Assembly (NCBI GenBank): GCA_001701105.1
Contig: DAAI01000009.1
Span: forward strand, 41,100 to 105,099
Direction: 5' to 3'
DNA length: 64,000 bases
Origin: Bacteroidales bacterium GP1
GTDB lineage: Bacteria; Bacteroidota; Bacteroidia; Bacteroidales; Muribaculaceae
A program made the position numbers and the translations under genes. Below the pieces are notes generated by a model. It made no database searches, had not been told where the DNA came from, and saw only the letters and a list, made by a program, of their open reading frames with translations. Shown piece by piece: positions 48,621-57,578 of this stretch (positions are counted from its first letter, which is position 1; the number at the start of each line of letters is the position of its first letter).

Positions 48621-51600
48621 TTATTCAGAGAGTTTTTTAAGCAGATGATCAACGGCTGCCTTCAACTGTGCATCATGTCCGTTCATTACATCCTCAGGCT
48701 TATTATATACGATAATATCCGGATTTAACTGCTGATTCTCCAAAGCCTTGCCATTCATGTCAAGAGATGTGACCTGCGGAATTCCAAATACTATATTAGG
48801 ATCAATTTGCGTTTCCCACCATACTGCCGTCATGGTTCCCGGAACCGGGGCGCCGATAAGTTCTCCGAGGCCGAGGGTTTTATATACATAGGGAGTGCCA
48901 TGAGCATCGCTGTAGTTACTTTCATTTATCAGCATCACTGAGGGCTTTGTCCATTGTGAGAACGGTTCTGAACCAATGTATTGACCCCGCGGGGAGAATC
49001 TAACATATTCTTTTCCTCCAAGCAGCAATGCCATATCGTTATGCAGCCATCCTCCTCCATTGTATCGGGTATCCACAATCACGGCTTCCCGATTGCGATA
49101 TTTGCCAAGCAATTCATCATAGACTGTGCGGAAGCTCGGGCTGTCCATTCCTTTCACATGGACATATGCCAGGCGCCCATTGGAAAGGCTATCTACAATG
49201 TGCTGATTGCGCTTTACCCAGCGAGTGTACAACAGATCTGAAACCTGACCATTGGACATTGGCTTAACCATAACATCCTTAACAGTGCCATCTGCCTTCT
49301 TCACGGTAAGCTGTGTCTTACGTCCTATCTTGCCATCGAGCATCGGCATCCAGTCTATGCCCACTTTGATCTCTTTTCCCTCTATGGCAGTGATCACATC
49401 TCCGGCTTGCAATCCCACTTTCTTGGATGATAATGGACCCCGAGCTATTATTTCCTCTATTTTCAATCCGTCGCCTTTATATTCTTCATCAAAGAAGGCT
49501 CCGAGGTTGGCGGTTGCATTTGAGGTTGATCCATAATAGCGGCCTCCAGTATGCGAAGCATTCAATTCCCCGAGAAGCTCAGAAAGCAGTTCTGCAAAAT
49601 CATAACCATTATTGATATATGGTAAGAATTTTCGATAATGACGGCAATATCCATCCCAGTCAACTCCATGCAGATTGACATCATAGAATTTGTCCTTTAC
49701 CTGACGGGCCACATGGTCGAAGATATATTCCCGCTCCAATGAAGGATGACGATCGAATTCGGCCTCATACTCTATTTTATCTACCTTTCCGTTACTTACA
49801 TTCACTTTAGATAGATCTTTGCCTATGACGTACAGATTATTAAATGCGGAATCAGCTGCAATACCACCGCCAAGTCCGGAAGCAAGCACTTTAGTCTCTC
49901 CTTTACGAAGGTCGCGCTCCATTAGATTTGAATTGCCGTCCGAAGTGCGGATCGTGTAATACAATTTATCTCCTTTCGGCGACATAAGATGGTCGGCGAT
50001 AAACTCAGATCCCGACGTGAGCCTCTTCATTCGGAAATAACGGTTGTCAAGGTCAAATTGCAATGCCGCGTTCTTCTCCTTCTTCACGGCATCTTTCACT
50101 TTTTTGTCCTTCTTGCTGTCTTTTGTTTTCTTGTCTGTATTAGCCTTCGACTTTTCCTTTTCCTCTTTTTCAGCAGCTTGCTCGATTTCAGACTCTTCTT
50201 CAGTCATATTAAGTGTGTCCCATCCTTCTGGATCGAGCATCATGGCCACAATGTCGCCCTGTTCTCCCCATGAACCATGACTGCGATAGCCGTAACGAGA
50301 GGTGTCATAAGTTATTCCCTTGCCATTTAAAATCCAATGAGGATTGGAATCGCTATAGCCACTTTCTGTGAGGTCAATCACTTCCGAGCCATCCGCCTTA
50401 ACCAACGCCACATCACGATTGTTCCAACCACCGACACCTATATATGAAGCAAGCAACCAATTGCTGTCGGGACTCCATTCAAACTCTATATCTCCATCGG
50501 AATAGGAATAATTATATTTGCCGTCAAGAGCCACTACGCTCTTTCCGGTCGAAAGATCAAGCACTGTAAGCTGTGTGCGATCCTGCAGATATGCCACTTT
50601 CTTGCCATCAGGACTATAGACCGGCTGTTGAGACGTGTTGTTGTTATTTGTAAGGCATTTTTCCTCTATTATTGTAGCATAGGGAAATGTTTTCTCATCC
50701 GGGTTCTTTATTGTGGCTTCATATATCTGCCATACCCCGTTACGCTCTGAATCATATACAATAGAGCGGCCATTAGGCGAAAAGTCGATTACACGCTCCT
50801 GTCCGGAAGTATTTGTAACTCGTTTAGTAGTCTTATACTTATCCGATGTTACATACACATCGCCTCTCAATGTGAATGCAATCTGACTTCCATCGCGGCT
50901 CACGGCTATGTTCCTCACTCCGTTTCGCCCTATTCCTTTAACGATATCTGAATCATATTCATCCGTGACAATACTTACGTTCACTTTCTTTGCTTCATTT
51001 CCGGGAACCATCGTATAGATTTCTCCATCATATCCGAAGGCAAGAAAACTTCCGTCTCCGGATGACGATAGGAATCTCACAGGATTTCCCTTGAAGTGTG
51101 TAAGTTGTCGTGCATCTTTTTGGCCTATCTTTCCTTGGTAGATATTCAGAGTGCCATCGGCATCATTCAGGAAGTAATAGTTGTCGGCATTTCCCCATAC
51201 CGGGTTCATGTCGGAGCCATTATAATCGGTGAGCTTCGTAAATTTATCCTTGTCTATGAGCCATATGTCGGCAGTGCCTGAAGAATGCTCATGTTTGCGC
51301 CAAGCGTTTTCATATCCTTTCTTATCCTGATATAGGATCCGTCCGGAAGCATCGGCATCACCTTTCATCATGGGCATCGAATATAGCATTGTGGGAGTGC
51401 CTCCATTTACGGATATCTCATAGGTCTGAGCGAATACCGGAGATTGCAGGGATTTTCTTGACGGCTGCATATTGGCCGAAAAAACAATAACATCATTGCC
51501 TTTCCAGAAGAGAGGAGTTTCGGAGCCGCTCAAAGTAGTTAGACGTGATGGTGTGCCTCCTCCTGACGGCATTACGAAGATATCCAGCGAGCCATCGCGG

Positions 51601-51851
51601 TCGCTTGAAAAGGCTATTTTGCTGCCGTCCGGGCTCCATATGGGAGTTGTGTCATAATTCTTGCCGGAAGTAAGACGCATGGCTGTGCCTCCTGACGACG
51701 CAACTGTGAAAATATCTCCTTTGTAGGTAAAGGCTATTTTTTTTCCGTCGGGAGACAAGGCTACATTTCGCATCCACAACGGAGTTTGCTGCCCTGTGGC
51801 AGTGGCCAGGATTCCTATGGCAAACGCTGCCGTTAAGATAATTTTTTTCAT
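48621..51851 (-). CDS. Tricorn-type S41 protease (PD40 propellers, PDZ, S41 catalytic domain)
   Basis: SPDGKKIAF repeats, LGELNASHTG, DTRYNGGGWLH, NYSDAH, PVPGTMTAVWW. Confidence 0.94.
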   Translation of the reverse strand: MKKIILTAAFAIGILATATGQQTPLWMRNVALSPDGKKIAFTYKGDIFTVASSGGTAMRLTSGKNYDTTPIWSPDGSKIAFSSDRDGSLDIFVMPSGGGTPSRLTTLSGSETPLFWKGNDVIVFSANMQPSRKSLQSPVFAQTYEISVNGGTPTMLYSMPMMKGDADASGRILYQDKKGYENAWRKHEHSSGTADIWLIDKDKFTKLTDYNGSDMNPVWGNADNYYFLNDADGTLNIYQGKIGQKDARQLTHFKGNPVRFLSSSGDGSFLAFGYDGEIYTMVPGNEAKKVNVSIVTDEYDSDIVKGIGRNGVRNIAVSRDGSQIAFTLRGDVYVTSDKYKTTKRVTNTSGQERVIDFSPNGRSIVYDSERNGVWQIYEATIKNPDEKTFPYATIIEEKCLTNNNNTSQQPVYSPDGKKVAYLQDRTQLTVLDLSTGKSVVALDGKYNYSYSDGDIEFEWSPDSNWLLASYIGVGGWNNRDVALVKADGSEVIDLTESGYSDSNPHWILNGKGITYDTSRYGYRSHGSWGEQGDIVAMMLDPEGWDTLNMTEEESEIEQAAEKEEKEKSKANTDKKTKDSKKDKKVKDAVKKEKNAALQFDLDNRYFRMKRLTSGSEFIADHLMSPKGDKLYYTIRTSDGNSNLMERDLRKGETKVLASGLGGGIAADSAFNNLYVIGKDLSKVNVSNGKVDKIEYEAEFDRHPSLEREYIFDHVARQVKDKFYDVNLHGVDWDGYCRHYRKFLPYINNGYDFAELLSELLGELNASHTGGRYYGSTSNATANLGAFFDEEYKGDGLKIEEIIARGPLSSKKVGLQAGDVITAIEGKEIKVGIDWMPMLDGKIGRKTQLTVKKADGTVKDVMVKPMSNGQVSDLLYTRWVKRNQHIVDSLSNGRLAYVHVKGMDSPSFRTVYDELLGKYRNREAVIVDTRYNGGGWLHNDMALLLGGKEYVRFSPRGQYIGSEPFSQWTKPSVMLINESNYSDAHGTPYVYKTLGLGELIGAPVPGTMTAVWWETQIDPNIVFGIPQVTSLDMNGKALENQQLNPDIIVYNKPEDVMNGHDAQLKAAVDHLLKKLSE

Positions 51852-51867
51852 GTTTTATTAGATAGGT

Positions 51868-52248
51868 TTATAGATTTCTGTAAATATATAGGCCGCCAAA
51901 ACAAGCGAACACCATCCATGGTCCTGACAACATATAGTGCGTGGCAAGTGACGGCTTGATGCAAACAAGCGACCAATATAACAATAATGAGACATTACAT
52001 AAATCAAACCATCGTCGCACCTTCGGATCCATTTCTTTCACTGATCTTTTTGCAATGAGATTATAGGATGCCCATATGAACCACCCGATGAACACCACGC
52101 TCCCTATTATGGATCCGAAGGTAACCCAGCCGGTCCATTGATGGTAGAGTTGAATCGAGACATTTATCGTAACTATGCTGCATAGAAGGGAGAACATAGA
52201 TAGGATAGTCGCCGGACTATTAAGAATATTTTTCAGTATCGATCCCAT
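51868..52248 (-). CDS. Hypothetical four-TM membrane protein
   Basis: 126-aa hydrophobic ORF with upstream -7 element TAATTTTG (minus, 52286-52293); 16 bp before the tricorn start. Confidence 0.65.
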   Translation of the reverse strand: MGSILKNILNSPATILSMFSLLCSIVTINVSIQLYHQWTGWVTFGSIIGSVVFIGWFIWASYNLIAKRSVKEMDPKVRRWFDLCNVSLLLYWSLVCIKPSLATHYMLSGPWMVFACFGGLYIYRNL

Positions 52249-52409
52249 TATAGTATCATTAATATTATATAGACATTTATGTCTACAAAATTAATGAAAC
52301 TTTTTGAGCACCACAACTCGGCAAACCCCTCTATTCCCGTTTTTCAGACTATGATTATTTTTTAAGTATAATTTAAGTATCCGGATCCGGTGAATTCCAT
52401 TAAATAATA

Positions 52410-52432
52410 CGGCCTCCGAGTTTCGGAGGCCG
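52410..52432 (-). terminator. Terminator after rubredoxin
   Basis: CGGCCTCCGA-gtt-TCGGAGGCCG perfect stem. Confidence 0.75.
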
Positions 52433-52450
52433 GCTAAAAATTTATCTTTC

Positions 52451-52615
52451 TTATTCTGCGGGTTCTGGCTCAAAGTCCTCTTTTCCTACTCCGCAAATCG
52501 GACATACCCAATCATTAGGAATATCTTCAAACTTTGTGCCGGGGGCGATTCCACCTTCCGGGTCGCCTACTTCAGGATCATATATCCAATCACAAACAGT
52601 GCATCTGTATTTCAT
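52451..52615 (-). CDS. Rubredoxin (54 aa)
   Basis: Not in ORF track; manual translation [54 protein letters not shown] with two CxxC motifs. Confidence 0.96.
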   Translation of the reverse strand: MKYRCTVCDWIYDPEVGDPEGGIAPGTKFEDIPNDWVCPICGVGKEDFEPEPAE

Positions 52616-52875
52616 AGTCTTCTTTATTTGGGTTATTTGTCATTCTAACGCTCCTGCCCTTAGTTTTGTTCTTTACAATTATCAAAAATTGCACTAAAGC
52701 CCATTGGCGCGATAACGAAAGATGTTGAACATCCCGGATTATTAATAAATTTATCTTTCGGTTTCATTTCCGTATTTTTGGAGTCGGGAAATTTTTTGTA
52801 ATTTTGTAAATGGAAACACATCAACGGGCAGTGATGGCAGACATCTCAGACCAGCTGCCCCGGTCCATCTGAACC

Positions 52876-53811
52876 ATGAATGCCGCAACTTCCTCAAAAA
52901 AGAAGTATCTGAAATTATTTGCCCATGTCGGAGCCATCCTCACAATGATGGCTTGGGGAACATCTTTTCTTAGTTCAAAAGTATTGCTTGAAGGGGGCGG
53001 CCTGACTCCCGCGGAGACTTACGTCTATCGTTTCTCCCTTGCATATCTAATAATCCTCTGTCTAACATTCAAGAAAATCCGATCGAATTCTTGGCGTGAT
53101 GAGGCCATTCTTGCCATATGCGGATTATGTTCAGGATCGCTTTACTTCGTAACAGAAAATTATGCACTCCGGCTGACAACCACAGCCAACGTATCGCTTC
53201 TTGCGTCAATCTCACCATTGTTTACTACAATTCTTATGGCAATAGTATTCAGGCAGCGTATCAAACCGGGGGTAATATTAGGCTCGGTGGTGGCATTCGC
53301 CGGCGTGTTTTGTGTCATATTCAGTCATGGCGAAGGAATAGAACTCAATCCTACAGGAGATCTCCTTGCACTCGGCGCGTCATTTACATGGGCCATCTAT
53401 ACCATTGCAATCAAGCCTTTGCTGCCGGTATATTCGTCATTGTTCATATCGAGAAAATTGTTTTTCTATGGAGTGATTTCAGCTATACCGCTTATCCTGA
53501 TTCAGGAACAACCCCTGCACTTGGGTGTGGTATTCAATTTCATCCATCCGCAATATCTTATGAATCTACTGTTCCTTGTAGTGTTCTGCTCTGTGATAGC
53601 ATATTTCATATGGAACGAGGTGATGAAAATATTAGGACCCGTAACAGCCAATAATTATATATATCTGCAACCATTGGTTACTATGGTTGCCGGCAGTATG
53701 ATTCTTGGGGAACATATATATCTGCTGGGGTATATCGGATGCGTCCTTATAATCGGAGGATTGATAATCTGCGACAAGCTGCCTGAACTCTCGCGGCTAC
53801 GGCGGGATTGA
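52876..53811 (+). CDS. DMT/EamA family transporter
   Basis: WGTSF, ENYALRLTTTANVSL, GDLLAL, YIYLQPLVT; about 10 TM helices. Confidence 0.92.
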   Translation: MNAATSSKKKYLKLFAHVGAILTMMAWGTSFLSSKVLLEGGGLTPAETYVYRFSLAYLIILCLTFKKIRSNSWRDEAILAICGLCSGSLYFVTENYALRLTTTANVSLLASISPLFTTILMAIVFRQRIKPGVILGSVVAFAGVFCVIFSHGEGIELNPTGDLLALGASFTWAIYTIAIKPLLPVYSSLFISRKLFFYGVISAIPLILIQEQPLHLGVVFNFIHPQYLMNLLFLVVFCSVIAYFIWNEVMKILGPVTANNYIYLQPLVTMVAGSMILGEHIYLLGYIGCVLIIGGLIICDKLPELSRLRRD

Positions 53812-53840
53812 CGGTTAAGAAGCGTTGCCTGTGATTCGTT

Positions 53841-54731
53841 TCAGCTGTTCCGAAATTCTTTAGGCGACATCCCCGTGAGTTTCTTGAAATATTTTCCAAA
53901 AAAAGATTGGGAGGGAAAGTTCAGTTCATCCGAGATCTGCTGGATATTCAGATTGGATGATTTCAAAAGCACCTTTGCATCCAATATTACGAACCGTTCT
54001 ATCCATTGCACTGCTGTATATCCTGTCTGCGCCCTGACTGTGCGTGAGAGATGCTTTGATGTAACTCCAAGTTTTTCGGCATAAAAATCGAGAAACCTTT
54101 CCGTGCGGTAATGCTCCTGTACGAGCATGAGGAATCTGTCGGACATACGCCCCTGTTTCGACATTATCTCGTTGTTGAATGGCTCATAACATTTATAAAT
54201 AGTCTTAAAAAAGAAACTCACCACTTCAAACAACAATGCTTGCGATGCATAAGGATTCTTTGTATCCGACATAATCCGGCGTAATGTTTTCATAAAATCC
54301 TTATATAAAGGATGAGTGTCGGCCGGAATCGCCACGACTGCATGTCGGTTCCATAGGGAATATAAGGGCGTATTGTTGAGGAAGAGAAATAGATTTTCGA
54401 GAAATCTCTGCGACATCACTATTACCGAGGCCTTGAAATCGGGACTAATGAATTTCGGCGACATAATTTGCGTACTCCTTATCGTAATAAGCTGTGGAGC
54501 CTGCATCTCATAGGATATCAGATTAATATCCACCTTCACATGCCCTTGATTCATTATAATCCAAGTGGTGGACGCGAATTTCACGGGCTCCGTCCAAGCA
54601 CGGAGCATCTCCGGACCCACTTCTTCAAGCATCCAGAAATCTTGTTCAATGATTGTCGACAGTTCGTCCGGCAAATCCAAATTATAATGATATCCCGGCG
54701 TAACGGATTGTGTCTGGTTTTTTCCTTTCAT
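53841..54731 (-). CDS. AraC family transcriptional regulator
   Basis: FYAEKLGVTSKHLS, IQQISDELNFPSQSFFGKYFKK..GMSPKEFR; start uncertain (54731 or 54767). Confidence 0.9.
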   Translation of the reverse strand: MKGKNQTQSVTPGYHYNLDLPDELSTIIEQDFWMLEEVGPEMLRAWTEPVKFASTTWIIMNQGHVKVDINLISYEMQAPQLITIRSTQIMSPKFISPDFKASVIVMSQRFLENLFLFLNNTPLYSLWNRHAVVAIPADTHPLYKDFMKTLRRIMSDTKNPYASQALLFEVVSFFFKTIYKCYEPFNNEIMSKQGRMSDRFLMLVQEHYRTERFLDFYAEKLGVTSKHLSRTVRAQTGYTAVQWIERFVILDAKVLLKSSNLNIQQISDELNFPSQSFFGKYFKKLTGMSPKEFRNS

Positions 54732-54970
54732 ATCTCCTCCTTCTCTTGTATAACTTTGTATTTTCACAAATATTGCTTCTCCTTAGTGGTAATCCATATT
54801 AATTCCGGTTGCCATCTTTATCTTCATATTATACAACGACTGTGATTCATTTTGGGAAACTTTTTAAACTCAATGAAGAAATAAATTTTCAAAAATGTAA
54901 AATTTTTGATGTATGCAAGATGATAGATATCGTTTTTTTTATGTACTTTTGTAGCATCAATATTATCCAG

Positions 54971-57514
54971 ATGAATTCTCAAAATCCAGTTTATACCTAT
55001 AATCAGGTATTTGAAGCCACCTTAGAATATTTCAACGGTGATGAACTTGCCGCGCGAGTATGGTCGAGCAAATATGCGTTAAAAGACTCTGATGGTAATT
55101 TCTATGAACTCACACCGGCAGATATGCACCATCGCATAGCCGGAGAGATTGCCCGGATAGAGGCGAAGTATCCCAATCCGATGAGTCATGAGGAGGTTTT
55201 CTCTCTTCTTGATAAATTTCGGTATGTCGTGCCTCAGGGTAGCCCCATGGCCGGCATAGGAAATGATCTGCAGGTTGGCTCTCTGTCCAATTGTTTTGTC
55301 ATTGGACTCGAAGGGCACCCCGACTCTTATGGCGGAATAATCAGAATAGATGAAGAGCAGGTGCAATTGATGAAACGCCGGGGAGGCGTAGGCCATGATC
55401 TCTCGCATATCCGTCCGAAAGGAAGCCCGGTAAAAAATTCAGCCCTTACCTCAACAGGACTCGTGCCTTTCATGGAGCGTTATTCCAATTCCACGCGCGA
55501 AGTAGCGCAGGATGGTCGGCGAGGAGCATTGATGATGTCGGTAAGCATCAAACATCCGGATGCTGAAGATTTCATTGACGCAAAAATGGTGGAAGGGAAA
55601 GTGACAGGAGCAAATGTTTCCGTGCGAATCGATGATGCTTTCATGGAGGCTGCGGCTTCTGGAGTGCCTTATCGTCAGCAATTCCCGGTAGATTCTGATA
55701 ATCCCACTACAGTCAAAGAGATTGACGCCAAGCAATTATGGAATAAGATAGTCCATAACGCATGGAAGAGTGCCGAACCCGGAATATTATTCTGGGATAC
55801 CATCCAGCGGGAATCCGTGGCCGATTGCTATGCCGACCTCGGATTTGAAACGGTCAGCACGAATCCCTGCGGCGAAATCCCATTGTGCCCCTACGACAGC
55901 TGCCGCCTGGTTGCTATTAATCTTTATTCTTATGTGAAGAATCCCTTTACTCCGCAGGCTGAGTTTGATTTTGAACTCTTCAAGACTCATGTCGGAAAGA
56001 CCCAGAGAGTTCTCGACGACATAATCGATCTGGAGATGGAGAAAATCGACACTATTATAGAAAAAATAGAGAACGATCCGGAGACGGAAGAAGTCAAGCA
56101 GACCGAGCTTAATCTATGGAAAAAAATCCGGGCTAAGACACTCCTTGGCCGTCGCACCGGATGCGGCACAACCGGAGAAGGAGATATGCTCGCCGCACTG
56201 GGATTAAGATATGGCACTCCCGAGGCAATTGCAATGTCGGAGCAGGTCCATAAAGCTCTTACCCTCGCATATTATGATGCCTCCGTGCGGATGGCGGAAG
56301 AAAGAGGAGCTTTTGAAGTATATGACGCGCAACGGGAAATAAACAATCCATTCATAGCCCGGATTCGTGAAGCCGATCCCGCACTTTACGAGCGGATGGT
56401 GAGATCCGGACGCCGCAACATTGCCTGCCTCACTATCGCGCCTACGGGAACCACTTCTATAATGACCCAGACGAGTTCCGGTCTCGAACCGGTTTTCATG
56501 CCCGTATATAAGCGCCGTCGCAAAGTGAATCCGAGTGACGTAGAGGTGAAAGTAGATTTTGTTGATGAAACAGGGGATGCCTTTGAAGAATACATCGTTT
56601 ATCATCATAAGTTCCTTGAGTGGATGCGCATTAACGGAATCGAAAGAAAACGCAACATGACCTCCGCCGAGATTGAGGAATTGGTAAAAAAATCGCCTTA
56701 TTATAAAGCGACGGCCAATGACATCGACTGGCTCGCCAAAGTTCGTATGCAAGGTGCGATCCAGAAATGGGTTGACCATTCGATAAGTGTTACCATCAAT
56801 CTGCCTGCCGATGTTTCGGAAGAACTTGTCGGCAATCTCTACCATGAGGCTTGGAAAGTGGGATGCAAAGGATGCACCGTCTATCGTGACGGCTCTCGTA
56901 ACAATGTTCTGGAAGCGGTGGATTCAAAGGCAAAGAAAGACTTGCATCTCATCGCCACTCCCGAGCATATCATGAAGCGACCTGCAGAACTGGAGGCTGA
57001 TGTTGTAAGATTCCAGAACAACAAGGAAAAATGGATCGCATTCGTCGGGCTCGTTGACAACAAGCCTTATGAGATATTCACCGGTCTTGCAGATGATGAT
57101 GATGGAATTTTCTGCCCAAAAAGCGTAACGCGAGGCAAAATCATAAAGACCACCGATGAAAACGGCACAAAGCGATATGACTTCCAGTTCATCAACAAGC
57201 GTGGCTATAAGACTACTATCGAGGGGCTGAGCGAGAAGTTCAATCCTGAGTTCTGGAACTATGCAAAGCTGATTTCCGGAGTGCTCCGCTATGGCATGCC
57301 TATTGATCAGGTATTGAAACTGGTGCGCAGCCTCGACCTCGATTCCACAAGCATCAACACATGGAAGATGGGAGTGGAGCGCGCTTTGAAAAAATATCTA
57401 ACCAACGGCACATTAGCTTCGGGTGAAAAATGTCCGAAATGCGGTGCTGAAACGTTAATATATCAGGAGGGATGCCTGATATGTACCAGCTGCGGCACAT
57501 CCAAATGTGGCTGA
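54971..57514 (+). CDS. nrdJ: Adenosylcobalamin-dependent (class II) ribonucleoside-diphosphate reductase
   Basis: LSNCFV, QDGRRGALM, TNPCGEIPLCPYDSCRL, IAPTGT, KGCTVYRDGSR, C-terminal Cys-rich tail; no small-subunit gene adjacent; -7 element TACTTTTG at 54944-54951 supports the start at 54971. Confidence 0.92.
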   Translation: MNSQNPVYTYNQVFEATLEYFNGDELAARVWSSKYALKDSDGNFYELTPADMHHRIAGEIARIEAKYPNPMSHEEVFSLLDKFRYVVPQGSPMAGIGNDLQVGSLSNCFVIGLEGHPDSYGGIIRIDEEQVQLMKRRGGVGHDLSHIRPKGSPVKNSALTSTGLVPFMERYSNSTREVAQDGRRGALMMSVSIKHPDAEDFIDAKMVEGKVTGANVSVRIDDAFMEAAASGVPYRQQFPVDSDNPTTVKEIDAKQLWNKIVHNAWKSAEPGILFWDTIQRESVADCYADLGFETVSTNPCGEIPLCPYDSCRLVAINLYSYVKNPFTPQAEFDFELFKTHVGKTQRVLDDIIDLEMEKIDTIIEKIENDPETEEVKQTELNLWKKIRAKTLLGRRTGCGTTGEGDMLAALGLRYGTPEAIAMSEQVHKALTLAYYDASVRMAEERGAFEVYDAQREINNPFIARIREADPALYERMVRSGRRNIACLTIAPTGTTSIMTQTSSGLEPVFMPVYKRRRKVNPSDVEVKVDFVDETGDAFEEYIVYHHKFLEWMRINGIERKRNMTSAEIEELVKKSPYYKATANDIDWLAKVRMQGAIQKWVDHSISVTINLPADVSEELVGNLYHEAWKVGCKGCTVYRDGSRNNVLEAVDSKAKKDLHLIATPEHIMKRPAELEADVVRFQNNKEKWIAFVGLVDNKPYEIFTGLADDDDGIFCPKSVTRGKIIKTTDENGTKRYDFQFINKRGYKTTIEGLSEKFNPEFWNYAKLISGVLRYGMPIDQVLKLVRSLDLDSTSINTWKMGVERALKKYLTNGTLASGEKCPKCGAETLIYQEGCLICTSCGTSKCG

Positions 57515-57578
57515 CGTCAGTATGAATCTCCAGGGAAAGCAAAATATCGGAAAATCTTAAAAATCTAATAACCCTGCT

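Noticed and set aside
52291..52473. 60-aa minus-strand ORF
   Set aside because: It overlaps the rubredoxin 3' end in another frame and runs through its terminator and the next promoter
54732..54745. Shine-Dalgarno-like AGAAGGAGGAGA before the AraC ATG at 54731
   Set aside because: Bacteroidetes mostly do not use SD pairing and the true start is uncertain; it may simply be coding sequence
54809..54970. N-terminal extension of nrdJ, and a possible cobalamin riboswitch upstream
   Set aside because: The extension contains the promoter element and is AT-rich; no B12-box or riboswitch-like structure was visible
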